A stretch of DNA of 64,000 bases, from the NCBI GenBank assembly GCA_965228855.1, contig CBDDIJ010000005.1:512001-576000 (forward strand). The letters run 5' to 3'. The position numbers and the translations under genes were made by a program. The notes under the pieces are model-generated. The model saw only the letters and a list, made by a program, of their open reading frames with translations, searched no databases and was not told the origin of the DNA. The stretch is from Candidatus Obscuribacterales bacterium (lineage in GTDB: Bacteria; Cyanobacteriota; Vampirovibrionia; Obscuribacterales; Obscuribacteraceae). This document shows positions 10,137 through 19,200 of the stretch, piece after piece. The first letter of the stretch is position 1. Each line of letters opens with the position of its first letter.

Positions 10137-11558
10137 ATGAGCGAGTTTAAGCTGCCCGACCTTGGTGAAGGTATCCACGAAGCTGAAATCATCAGCATTA
10201 AGGTCAAGGAGGGCGACACCGTCAAAGAAGACCAGCCGCTTTTCGAAGTCGAAACCGACAAAGCGGTAGTAGAAATCCCGTCTCCGTACTCTGGCACGGT
10301 AACTAAGATCCATGTCGAAGAAGGCAAAGTCGTCACCGTCGGTAGTGTCATGATCAGCTTCGATCTTGCAGGCGGTAAGGTCGAGAAAAAAGAAGCAAAA
10401 GAAGATAAAAGCGCTGCCAAAGCAGGGGAGAAAGAGAAGGTCGCTGCAGGCGAGAAAACGCCAGTCGCTGCAGGCGCAGTGAAAACCGCCACCGCGGAAA
10501 GTGCTAAGCACGCCGGCGGTAATGGCAACGCCGGCCGCGTGGCTCACGACCCGAATCGCCCGGTCCCAGCGGCTCCAGCGGTTCGCCGCCTGGCTCGAGA
10601 ACTGGGCGTGGACCTCTATCAAGTCGAGCCGTCCGGACCTTCCGGCCGCGTCCTCAAGGAAGATGTTAAGGCTTGCGCTCAGGGAACGATATCGCGCATG
10701 GCTTCTTCGCCGTCGGACGCTAAAGAAAGCGCTCCAGCAGCTAAGACCCAGCCGTCAATGTCGCTTTCCGACAAGTACGGCGGCGGTGGAGCAAGCACCG
10801 CATATGATGCTCAACCAATGACGGCGCAGGCTGTTGAACTTCCGGACTTCGGCAAATTCGGCAAGACCGAACGCGTTCCGCTTCGCAGCATTCGCCGGAA
10901 GATTGCCCAAAACATGACCACATCGTGGACTCATATTCCTCACGTCACGACCTTCGACGAAGCGAATGTGAGTGAATTATCTCGTGTGCTTGGAAAACGC
11001 GACAGCAAGAAAGAGCGCACTGGTCCTCGTTTGACAATGACAGCTTTCGCAATCAAGGCGGTCGTAAGCGCACTTCAGAAATTCCCGCAATTCAACTCCA
11101 GTCTCGATGAAGCGAAAGGCGAAATTGTTTTCAAACACTTCTATAACATCGGAATCGCAGTCGCAACCGAGCGCGGTTTAATCGTACCGGTCATTCATAA
11201 CGCTGAGACAAAGTCGATAATGCAAATCGCGAAAGAGCTCGGTGAGATTGCAGAGAAGACCAGATCCGGCAAAGTCGAACTAGATAAACTGCAAGGCGGA
11301 ACCTTTACGATAACCAATATTGGCGCCATTGGCGGTACCAGTATGGTGCCAATGGTTAACCATCCTGAAGCGGCGATTCTCGGCATGGCGAGAGCGAATG
11401 AGCGACCGATCGTGAAGAATGGTCAAATCGAAGTTGGAACGATTTTGCCGCTGGCACTCTCGTTTGACCACAGGTTGGCCGACGGGGCTGAAGCAGCTCT
11501 GTTCGTCCGTCACATCATCGATATGCTGGAAGAGCCGCTAAGTCTGGTTCTCGAATAA
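10137..11558 (+). CDS. pdhC: Dihydrolipoamide acyltransferase E2 (one lipoyl domain)
   Basis: FKLPDLGEG, ETDKA lipoyl Lys, APAVRRLARELG subunit-binding domain, DHRLADG catalytic motif. Confidence 0.93.
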   Translation: MSEFKLPDLGEGIHEAEIISIKVKEGDTVKEDQPLFEVETDKAVVEIPSPYSGTVTKIHVEEGKVVTVGSVMISFDLAGGKVEKKEAKEDKSAAKAGEKEKVAAGEKTPVAAGAVKTATAESAKHAGGNGNAGRVAHDPNRPVPAAPAVRRLARELGVDLYQVEPSGPSGRVLKEDVKACAQGTISRMASSPSDAKESAPAAKTQPSMSLSDKYGGGGASTAYDAQPMTAQAVELPDFGKFGKTERVPLRSIRRKIAQNMTTSWTHIPHVTTFDEANVSELSRVLGKRDSKKERTGPRLTMTAFAIKAVVSALQKFPQFNSSLDEAKGEIVFKHFYNIGIAVATERGLIVPVIHNAETKSIMQIAKELGEIAEKTRSGKVELDKLQGGTFTITNIGAIGGTSMVPMVNHPEAAILGMARANERPIVKNGQIEVGTILPLALSFDHRLADGAEAALFVRHIIDMLEEPLSLVLE

Positions 11559-11643
11559 CGAGCACCTGACGTGAATTGAACGGACACCGTGGGTGGACTA
11601 CAATGGTTCACTTCTGAACACTTACTCTGTGGAGGAGTTTCCA

Positions 11644-13095
11644 ATGGTCGTGGGCGAATCGGTCGAACAAGTCGATCTTGCTGTTGTTGGTGGTGGGCCG
11701 GGCGGTTACACAGCCGCGCTCCGCGCCGCAGAACTCGGCATCAAAACCATATTGATCGACGCTCAGCCCAAGCCGGGTGGCGTCTGCCTGCATATGGGCT
11801 GCATCCCGTCGAAGGCGCTACTCCACGCAGCGGAAGTGATAAACGTTTCCGGTCGCGCGAAAGAGTTTGGTATCAAATTCTCATCGCCGGAAATCAATGT
11901 CAACGAACTCCGCACCTGGAAAGAAGGCGTCATTGACAAATTGGCCAACGGCATCGTCGGTATGCTCAAAGGAGCAAAGGTCGAGAGACTGATTGGAAGC
12001 GCGTCGTTTCAAGACTCCAAGAGCGTTCGCGTCGACCGCTACGGCGAGAATCCGGTCCGGGTAAAATTCAAACACTGCATCATTGCCACAGGTTCGCGCC
12101 CGACGAAACTACCGAAGCTTTTCAAAAATGCTGCAGACGTCGACAGTCCCTTGATTCTGGACTCGACCAGTGCGCTCGCGCTGTCCGACGTTCCAAAGAA
12201 ACTTCTCATCGTAGGCGGCGGATACATCGGTCTTGAGATGGGAACTGTCTATGCAGCACTTGGAAGCGAAGTCACAGTGGTCGAGATGATGGATGGTCTG
12301 CTGCCAGGGGCAGACCGAGACCTCGTCAGACCACTCGCCACGAGGCTCGCCGAAGACTTCAAACAAATCTTCTTGAGCACGGGTGTTCAAGGTCTCGAAA
12401 TCAAGGGCAATAAAGTCATCGCAAGCTTGAAGGGCAAAGATGTTCCGGAGACCATGGAATTCGATAAAGCCTTGATCTCAGTCGGCAGACGACCCAACAC
12501 AGACGAACTCGGACTGGAAAACACTGAAGTCGAAATCGATCAACACGGTTTCATCAAAGTCGACGACACGCTCCGAACGACCGACAAGAAAATCTTCGCG
12601 ATAGGCGACGTCTCCGGACAGCCGATGCTCGCGCATAGAGCAATACGCCAGGGCATTGTCGCCGCAGAAGTAATTGCTGGCAAATCGTCATCATACGACA
12701 ATCGAGCGGTTCCGGCGGTTGTGTTTACAGAACCGGAAATTGCCTGGTGCGGGCTCACTGACACGGAAGCCAAAGAGCAAGGCATCAAAGTCGGAACGGC
12801 AAAATTCCCATGGTCTGCATCTGGTCGCGCTTTGACGCTAAACGAGCCAATCGGTCAAACCAAGATTCTTTTCGATCCCGAGACTACAAGAGTACTCGGC
12901 GTAGGCATTGTCGGTCCCCGCGCCGGTGATTTAATCGCCGAAGCAGTGCTGGCGATCGAGATGGGCGCGGTCCTGGAAGATCTGGCTTCCTCGATTCACG
13001 CACACCCGACTCTGTCGGAAACCTTAAACGAAGCCGCTCTGTCAGGCATGAGCCGCCTCGAAAGAAAAGCGAAAGAGGCGACCTCAGCAGTTTAG
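11644..13095 (+). CDS. lpdA: Dihydrolipoamide dehydrogenase E3
   Basis: MVVG start after GGAGGAG RBS; GGGPGGY, GGVCLHMGCIPSK redox disulfide, HAHPTLSE. Confidence 0.96.
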   Translation: MVVGESVEQVDLAVVGGGPGGYTAALRAAELGIKTILIDAQPKPGGVCLHMGCIPSKALLHAAEVINVSGRAKEFGIKFSSPEINVNELRTWKEGVIDKLANGIVGMLKGAKVERLIGSASFQDSKSVRVDRYGENPVRVKFKHCIIATGSRPTKLPKLFKNAADVDSPLILDSTSALALSDVPKKLLIVGGGYIGLEMGTVYAALGSEVTVVEMMDGLLPGADRDLVRPLATRLAEDFKQIFLSTGVQGLEIKGNKVIASLKGKDVPETMEFDKALISVGRRPNTDELGLENTEVEIDQHGFIKVDDTLRTTDKKIFAIGDVSGQPMLAHRAIRQGIVAAEVIAGKSSSYDNRAVPAVVFTEPEIAWCGLTDTEAKEQGIKVGTAKFPWSASGRALTLNEPIGQTKILFDPETTRVLGVGIVGPRAGDLIAEAVLAIEMGAVLEDLASSIHAHPTLSETLNEAALSGMSRLERKAKEATSAV

Positions 13096-13107
13096 GCCCG
13101 GAAACCG

Positions 13108-13140
13108 CCACCGGAATTCCCATAGTGCCCATTCCGGTGG
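13108..13140 (+). terminator. Stem-loop just after lpdA (terminator or 3' stabiliser)
   Basis: CCACCGGAAT / ATTCCGGTGG perfect 10-bp stem with a 13-nt loop; no U-tract. Confidence 0.45.
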
Positions 13141-13360
13141 GGCATCGGAGCGCTCATCGCTCCATACGTTGGGGAGAATTGGCTTCTTTCCCCGACCGAA
13201 TTTTCAGACCGCAGATTAAAAATGGCGGCGGTTCATAGAATTAACGTCTTTATCAGTCAGCTCAAGTGACTTATACGCGCGTGGGTAAATTGACAAGGTA
13301 GGAAAATAATACGTGCTGGGTATACCAGGCTTGGCTAGGCGTACAGGTACAGGAGTGATC

Positions 13361-14761
13361 ATGCCGGAAGACGACAAGGACCAGAATTTGAACTCGGCCC
13401 TGAATTTGTGGCAAGAGGGAGTCGACAAGGCAGCGGGCGACCTCGAGAAGATTGTCAACAACTCAATCGATCAGCTCACACGCTACAGCGAGGAGCTTGA
13501 GAAATCGCTCGAATCACAACTCAAAAAAATCGCCAGTCAGACGAATTCAATGGTGGAAAACAACGTCGAAGAACTGGGGTCCAAGCGCGACGAACTCAAC
13601 GAGCGACTTGCCGAATTCGAGCGCAGCGAAGCAGACGAAATTTTGAAAACCGCCCAGGAGAGCCGCGAGCGCGTTTATCTTCTGGTAGATAAAACCAAGC
13701 AAGAACTAACAGCGAAGCTTTCAGAAACGCTCAAGAAACTGAATGGCCTGGCAGAAAATCCGCAGGGACGCTTCGCCAATTTTACGAACAAAAACCGCGA
13801 AGCAATGAGCGAATTCGCAGAAGCAGCGCGCGATAAGCTAGCCACGCAAAAGACCACTCTCGAGAGCGGTTTGACCAATAAATCCAAAGAACTCGACAGC
13901 CTGGCGGACGAATCGGTTGGTTTATCCAAGCAAAATATCGAGAAAAAACTGAGCGAGTATGAAGAAGGCTTCGACAAGAAAATCGCCGAGGTCCTCGTGC
14001 AACTCGATGAGATGCTGGCCATGACGACCAAAGCGACGGAAGAGTCAACCACCGAAGGTGCGACGGATCTCGAGGCGTGCCGGCTGGAGAATTCCGAATT
14101 CCTCGCGCACAAAGTTGACGAGTGGAAGACGAACATGGAAGTGCTGCAACACAGCTTTCAAGAAGACCTGGAGAGCATGCGCGAGGAAACACTCTCGAAC
14201 CATAGCCGCCGCCTGACTTACTCCGTCACGGAGGCAAAGTCGTCGATCAATCAAGTCGCGAACGACGCTCTCGCCAGAATTACCGGCAACCATCGCATGT
14301 ATTACAGTTCTTTGAAGCGGCTCGAGCGCAAATACGAGGAGCAAGTTGCTCGGCTGTTCAGCCGATTGGAAACTGTTATTTCCGAAGAACGTGATTTGGC
14401 CGGCGGCGGCAGCGCTCAATCGACTGAAGAGATAAAACAGAAACTCAAATCCCAATTAAAAATTCGTGGCAGCGAACTTGTTAAAACCTACAGACGGCAA
14501 GTCGATCAGATGGAAAATGATTTTGCCAGAGCTAGCACCACTTCATACGAGCGCATCGACAGCATCAGATTGCAGACGGTGGAGTCGCTGGAGAAGCAGG
14601 TTCGCATCATTAGAAGCGAATTAGACCGAATCGAAAAATCATTCAAAGTCGAACTTTCGCAACTGTCCATCGAGTTGCCGGAGATCGAAGAACGCGGTCG
14701 GGTAGCGGCTATGTCCGTCCAAGCCTACCTCGAATCATCTCTCACTTTGGATACAGACTAG
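13361..14761 (+). CDS. Hypothetical all-helical protein with 11-residue (hendecad) periodicity
   Basis: Long ORF with AGGAG RBS before ATG 13361; almost no Pro; hydrophobic residue every 11 aa; no signal peptide or TM segment. Confidence 0.85.
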   Translation: MPEDDKDQNLNSALNLWQEGVDKAAGDLEKIVNNSIDQLTRYSEELEKSLESQLKKIASQTNSMVENNVEELGSKRDELNERLAEFERSEADEILKTAQESRERVYLLVDKTKQELTAKLSETLKKLNGLAENPQGRFANFTNKNREAMSEFAEAARDKLATQKTTLESGLTNKSKELDSLADESVGLSKQNIEKKLSEYEEGFDKKIAEVLVQLDEMLAMTTKATEESTTEGATDLEACRLENSEFLAHKVDEWKTNMEVLQHSFQEDLESMREETLSNHSRRLTYSVTEAKSSINQVANDALARITGNHRMYYSSLKRLERKYEEQVARLFSRLETVISEERDLAGGGSAQSTEEIKQKLKSQLKIRGSELVKTYRRQVDQMENDFARASTTSYERIDSIRLQTVESLEKQVRIIRSELDRIEKSFKVELSQLSIELPEIEERGRVAAMSVQAYLESSLTLDTD

Positions 14762-14833
14762 AACAATTTTGGAAACCGTTTCAACTGGCTCCTCACAAGA
14801 GCCGCACCGGATGTGGAATAAGGAGACGCTCGC

Positions 14834-16165
14834 ATGACCCTGGCAGGTAAGAAACTCCAAATTATCTATGATGGCGGGACAGAACAAATGTCCAGCATCG
14901 AAACCGACGCCATCGCAAAACTGACTGGCTCAGCCAATAAACATGCTTCGCAACAACGCAGTTCCGCGATGAATCACTCAAGCGTTGTTGAGTCGAAGTC
15001 AAAAGAGATTGAGGGCGAACTTCACGGGATGATGGATAAGTCCGTCAAGAAGCTCTCCAAGCTTAAGGAGCAAGAGGTCGAGAAGTGCAAGGAACATACT
15101 GAATCCTTGACTGAAGAGCTTCGCAGAATCGGCGAGTTGGTTCGGGAATCCGTTGATTCGATCAAAGCAAGTCTGGGAGATCGATTGAACGACGTTAAAC
15201 ACGAGTTGTCGAGCGAGTTTGATAAGACTTACGAGCAGAACGTTGCCGGTCTGATGGGCAGCAATTTCGAAGGCAGCAAAGAGATTCGCTCGCACGCGAC
15301 CGGGCTCACCAACAACCTCCAGCAGAAATTAGACCAGAGCGTCTGGGAGCAGAAGGGAAGCGAAAAACAAATTGTCGCGCAGCTGTACAAAAACTATATG
15401 CAGAAAGCAAGCGCGATCGAGACCCACTTCTCACAGATCATGCAAAAGCTGTCGGGCGAGTTTCAAACTCAATACAAAACGGTTGAAGAGGCCTCCTCGA
15501 AAGCGAAGGTCAACATCGGTGACGATATCGACAAATGTTTGACAGCGATCGAAGAAGCAAGCTCCGATGGTGAACGAGATATCAACGCATTCTTCGGAAA
15601 ACTCGTCAGCGAGCACGAATCGGAGCTGGAGAGTGAATTCGAGAAAGTCACAAGAGAGGTCACCCAGGCGAACTCAACTGCCACGACTGATTTGAAACAG
15701 AAGACGCAAGACTACAGTTCAAGCCTGTTAACAGCTGCGACTTCCGCGCTGGAGTCATTGAAAACCTCGTGCAACGACACCGTGAAAAACGCCGATACAA
15801 TGCACACAGATTTTCTCAATCGCATCGAAGAACGAGTCAAGGGCACGAAATCCACTCGCGACCAACTAGACGCAACAAAGACTGACACCATCAAAGAAAT
15901 TTGCGACGAGCTCGCGACCATGCGCAAAGGTTTCGAGGCTAACCTTGATAGACTCACTCGTGAAGCAGACGAGAGTGTTCAAACTGTGGCTGCCGAAGTC
16001 GAAAAGGAAATTAAACAGGCGCATACGCGATGCTTGAACAAACTGGCTGATGATGGGCAATCAGCAATAGACTCGATCAACAAAGAGACTACTAGAGTTC
16101 TCACGATGATTGAAGACCACAAGAGAGCAGCGCTTGATGAAATCACACAGGCCGCGCGCTCCTGA
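14834..16165 (+). CDS. Hypothetical all-helical hendecad-repeat protein
   Basis: 443 aa, TAAGGAG RBS, no Pro, long unbroken 11-mer register. Confidence 0.88.
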   Translation: MTLAGKKLQIIYDGGTEQMSSIETDAIAKLTGSANKHASQQRSSAMNHSSVVESKSKEIEGELHGMMDKSVKKLSKLKEQEVEKCKEHTESLTEELRRIGELVRESVDSIKASLGDRLNDVKHELSSEFDKTYEQNVAGLMGSNFEGSKEIRSHATGLTNNLQQKLDQSVWEQKGSEKQIVAQLYKNYMQKASAIETHFSQIMQKLSGEFQTQYKTVEEASSKAKVNIGDDIDKCLTAIEEASSDGERDINAFFGKLVSEHESELESEFEKVTREVTQANSTATTDLKQKTQDYSSSLLTAATSALESLKTSCNDTVKNADTMHTDFLNRIEERVKGTKSTRDQLDATKTDTIKEICDELATMRKGFEANLDRLTREADESVQTVAAEVEKEIKQAHTRCLNKLADDGQSAIDSINKETTRVLTMIEDHKRAALDEITQAARS

Positions 16166-16224
16166 ACACATATGTAAGAACTCCTTGGTTACAAATTTAA
16201 GAACGAAAAGAACGGGACGATAAT

Positions 16225-19200
16225 ATGCATTCAATGCTTCGCCAAAACCAGGTTAGACAACAGGATGTGAAACCATACATCCGGACCTTCACCCGCAATA
16301 ATCCGATGGATTTGAACGAGTGGGCGAAGGAAGAAGGCGGGCTGTTCGAGCCTGGCACGCTGATTTTCTTGCTGGAACCGGCCAAACGACCACCAGGCAT
16401 GTCGTCATTTGCACGCGGTCAAGCTCCGGGTGCCGGCGGGGCGGCCGATGCGGCGCAGGATGGCTACCGAGTAAAGGATATGTGCGTCGTCGTCGATAAA
16501 ATCGACGGGAAGTGCTGGGTGTTAGCTATATCACCAAGCGCGTTTGAATTGCGCTTCATAGACACGTTGTTCCGTGAGAAAACGCAGAAAGCGTTCCTCG
16601 AAGGTCTGGATTTTCAGTATCTGGCTTGTGCACCACGGCCGGTGCTCAACGACCAGCAGCAAAAAGAACTCAGGCAGCTCTCGACCTTGTACAGTAAGTC
16701 CGGATCGAGACGCACTATTGCTCAAGATGGAGTCGGTCCGGAAGAACCGGCCAGGGCGATGCTCAGTTTCCTGGGCGCCGACTTATCCTCTGTCGGCAAA
16801 CAGATGATTGAACTTGGTTTAATTTGTAACCTGATCTTCTCCCCGGAAGGTGTGCAGGAGAACAAGGCACAAAGTCAGGTGAAATCGTGTTTTTCACCGA
16901 TTCTAGCAACGGACAAATTGAAAAAGTTGCAGCAATCAACGCCCGCGGCGCCAGCTCCTACCCCTGCCACGGAGAGCAGCGATGAGCAGGTATCTCTGCT
17001 GTCGCCAACATATTTAGAAAACGAGGCGCGCGAAGCCGCAGACTTCCTTGCCTACAATCAGCCAGAGCCAGGAGCGGCTCCAGCTAGCGCAGGGGTCTGG
17101 ACTTCCACTCCAGCCGCGCCATCTAGCACCACCCCTGGTGCCGATGAGTTCAAGGCGTTGACGCCACCATCATTTGATCTCGGTGGCTTTCCATCCGGCG
17201 GTCCAGGCGGAGGTCAGCCCGGAATGATGTCTCCGGACATGCCGGCTATATTGACCGGTGAGCATGCCGTCATCAGTGTAGATCAGAAGTTGAACACCGA
17301 AGACGCAAACGGTTCGAAAGTTCCGGCGTTGCCTGCATGGTACATGACTACTCATAACATCAATGAGATGAATGAAGTGGCGCTGAGACGTGCAGCGGAG
17401 AGTCCGACGGAGATGCCGGCTGGTCTGGACAAACTCGAGTCTGAGTTGTCTTACGACGCCCTTCCTGTCGTGGATGCTCGCTTTCGTCCAGGAGCAGAAC
17501 CGCCAACAGCGCAACCCTACCCAGGACCGCCGGATACGCTGGTTCCCGGCGCTCAGGCCCAGATGGAACAGGACGCTTCCGGAGCGTGGGCACAACCTCC
17601 GCAGGCAGCGGCACTCGGACAGGCCAAAGATTTCAACGACTCCATATTTGAAGGTACTGGGGGACGAGGTTCTTTAGAAACCAATCCCGATGCGGTCCTG
17701 GAGCAGTCAAAGAAAACGCGAGGTCAAGCCGGCGACTGGCAGCAAGTCGATAGTGGTTCGAGCGGTTCCGCCTTTGTCTCGCCGGGAAGCACAGCTCGTT
17801 CTCAACCGGAAATTCCCGATCCAAGTAATCTATTTGATAGGCTCGGCGGAACGCAAGCACCGGAAGAGGCACCACCTGCGGCACCATCATGGGCAGACGG
17901 CGAGCGCGGCCGCCCCACTAATCTCAAAGACATGCTCACGGCTGATAGCGCTGTTTTCACAACAGATAGCGGCAAACTCAAGGAAATCACTCCGGCTCCG
18001 CAGCCTGAAAACCCGTCTCTTGAAATGCCACCGCCGGCGGTGGTTGAAACGCCCCACCTTGAGGAGCCCGCGGCCACGGACAGCACCACCGAAGCGCCTT
18101 CACCATGGATGAACTTAGCCAAAACGGAGTCAGACTCAGCGGTCGAACCCGCGAGTCCGTGGGACTCACCTAAAGACCCAGCTGGACAATCGTCGTCGAG
18201 CTGGGATGCGTTCAATCAGCAAAACCCGATAGAGCAGCTAGACATTCTGGAAGCTCCGGAGGCGCCCACACCGCCTTCGGATCACGTGAACGAACTTGCC
18301 GCAGCGATGCGTGGCTTGATGACTTCTCCTGACGCGATCGAGCCTGGTACGGCAGTGGATCAAACTGCTGCCGGCGGGGCAGCTGGCGCGGGAGAGTCGC
18401 TACCGGAAGCCACTGGTTCTGAGGACTTGTTCGGCGACGTCATGGATAAAGTCATGGACCTGGCTGAAACGGCTCAACCCGTTGAAGCCGAATCGACCGA
18501 AGCACAACCGAGTGCGGAAGTAACGGACTCCGAATTTGACATGTTCGAAGACGGCAGAGACCAGACAATGGATCTCGATTCAGCCCTTCTGCAGCGCTTG
18601 AGCAGCGGACCCGCGACACTTCACACCACCCAACCTGCAGAGACGGAGGAAGCACCAGCAGCGCCACCAGTACCGTCGGTGCCCACCTTCTCGACTGACA
18701 CTTCACTGGTATCGTCAGCGATGGCTGCCCACGCACAGGCGATGGTAGATCCGGAAGCGCAGGCTGAACCAGCCGACGAGACGCAGCTCTCGGCGTCTGA
18801 CGTGACCGCTACTACAGAACCGACAGCATCCGAGTCTGTAGCATCGGAAGTTTCTGAGCCGGAACCGAAACCGGCTCCAGCTCCGACCCCATTGAGACCC
18901 GGTCGTCGTCGCACAGCGGAACTGCGAGCAGGAATCAAGCCGCTAGAGCTTCCAGCAGATGCACTGCTCGAGCCAGCCGCGGCAGAGCCGGAGGCACCCG
19001 CCGCACCGGTCACACCTGAGGCTGAGGCTCCCGCAGAGCCCGAGTCAATTTCCCCGCAACAGGACGTTCCAGAGACCACAAACGTCACTCCTGATGTCAC
19101 ACAGGGAGAGGATGAGCCATCCTCATCATTATTGGATGCAGCGCCACTCGACATATCCAGGCGCGGTTCGATGGAGCAGATAGAGGCTCCGACGCCTCCA

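Noticed and set aside
9396..10622. 408-aa minus-strand ORF
   Set aside because: Antisense shadow of pdhB/pdhC, with no motif and atypical composition
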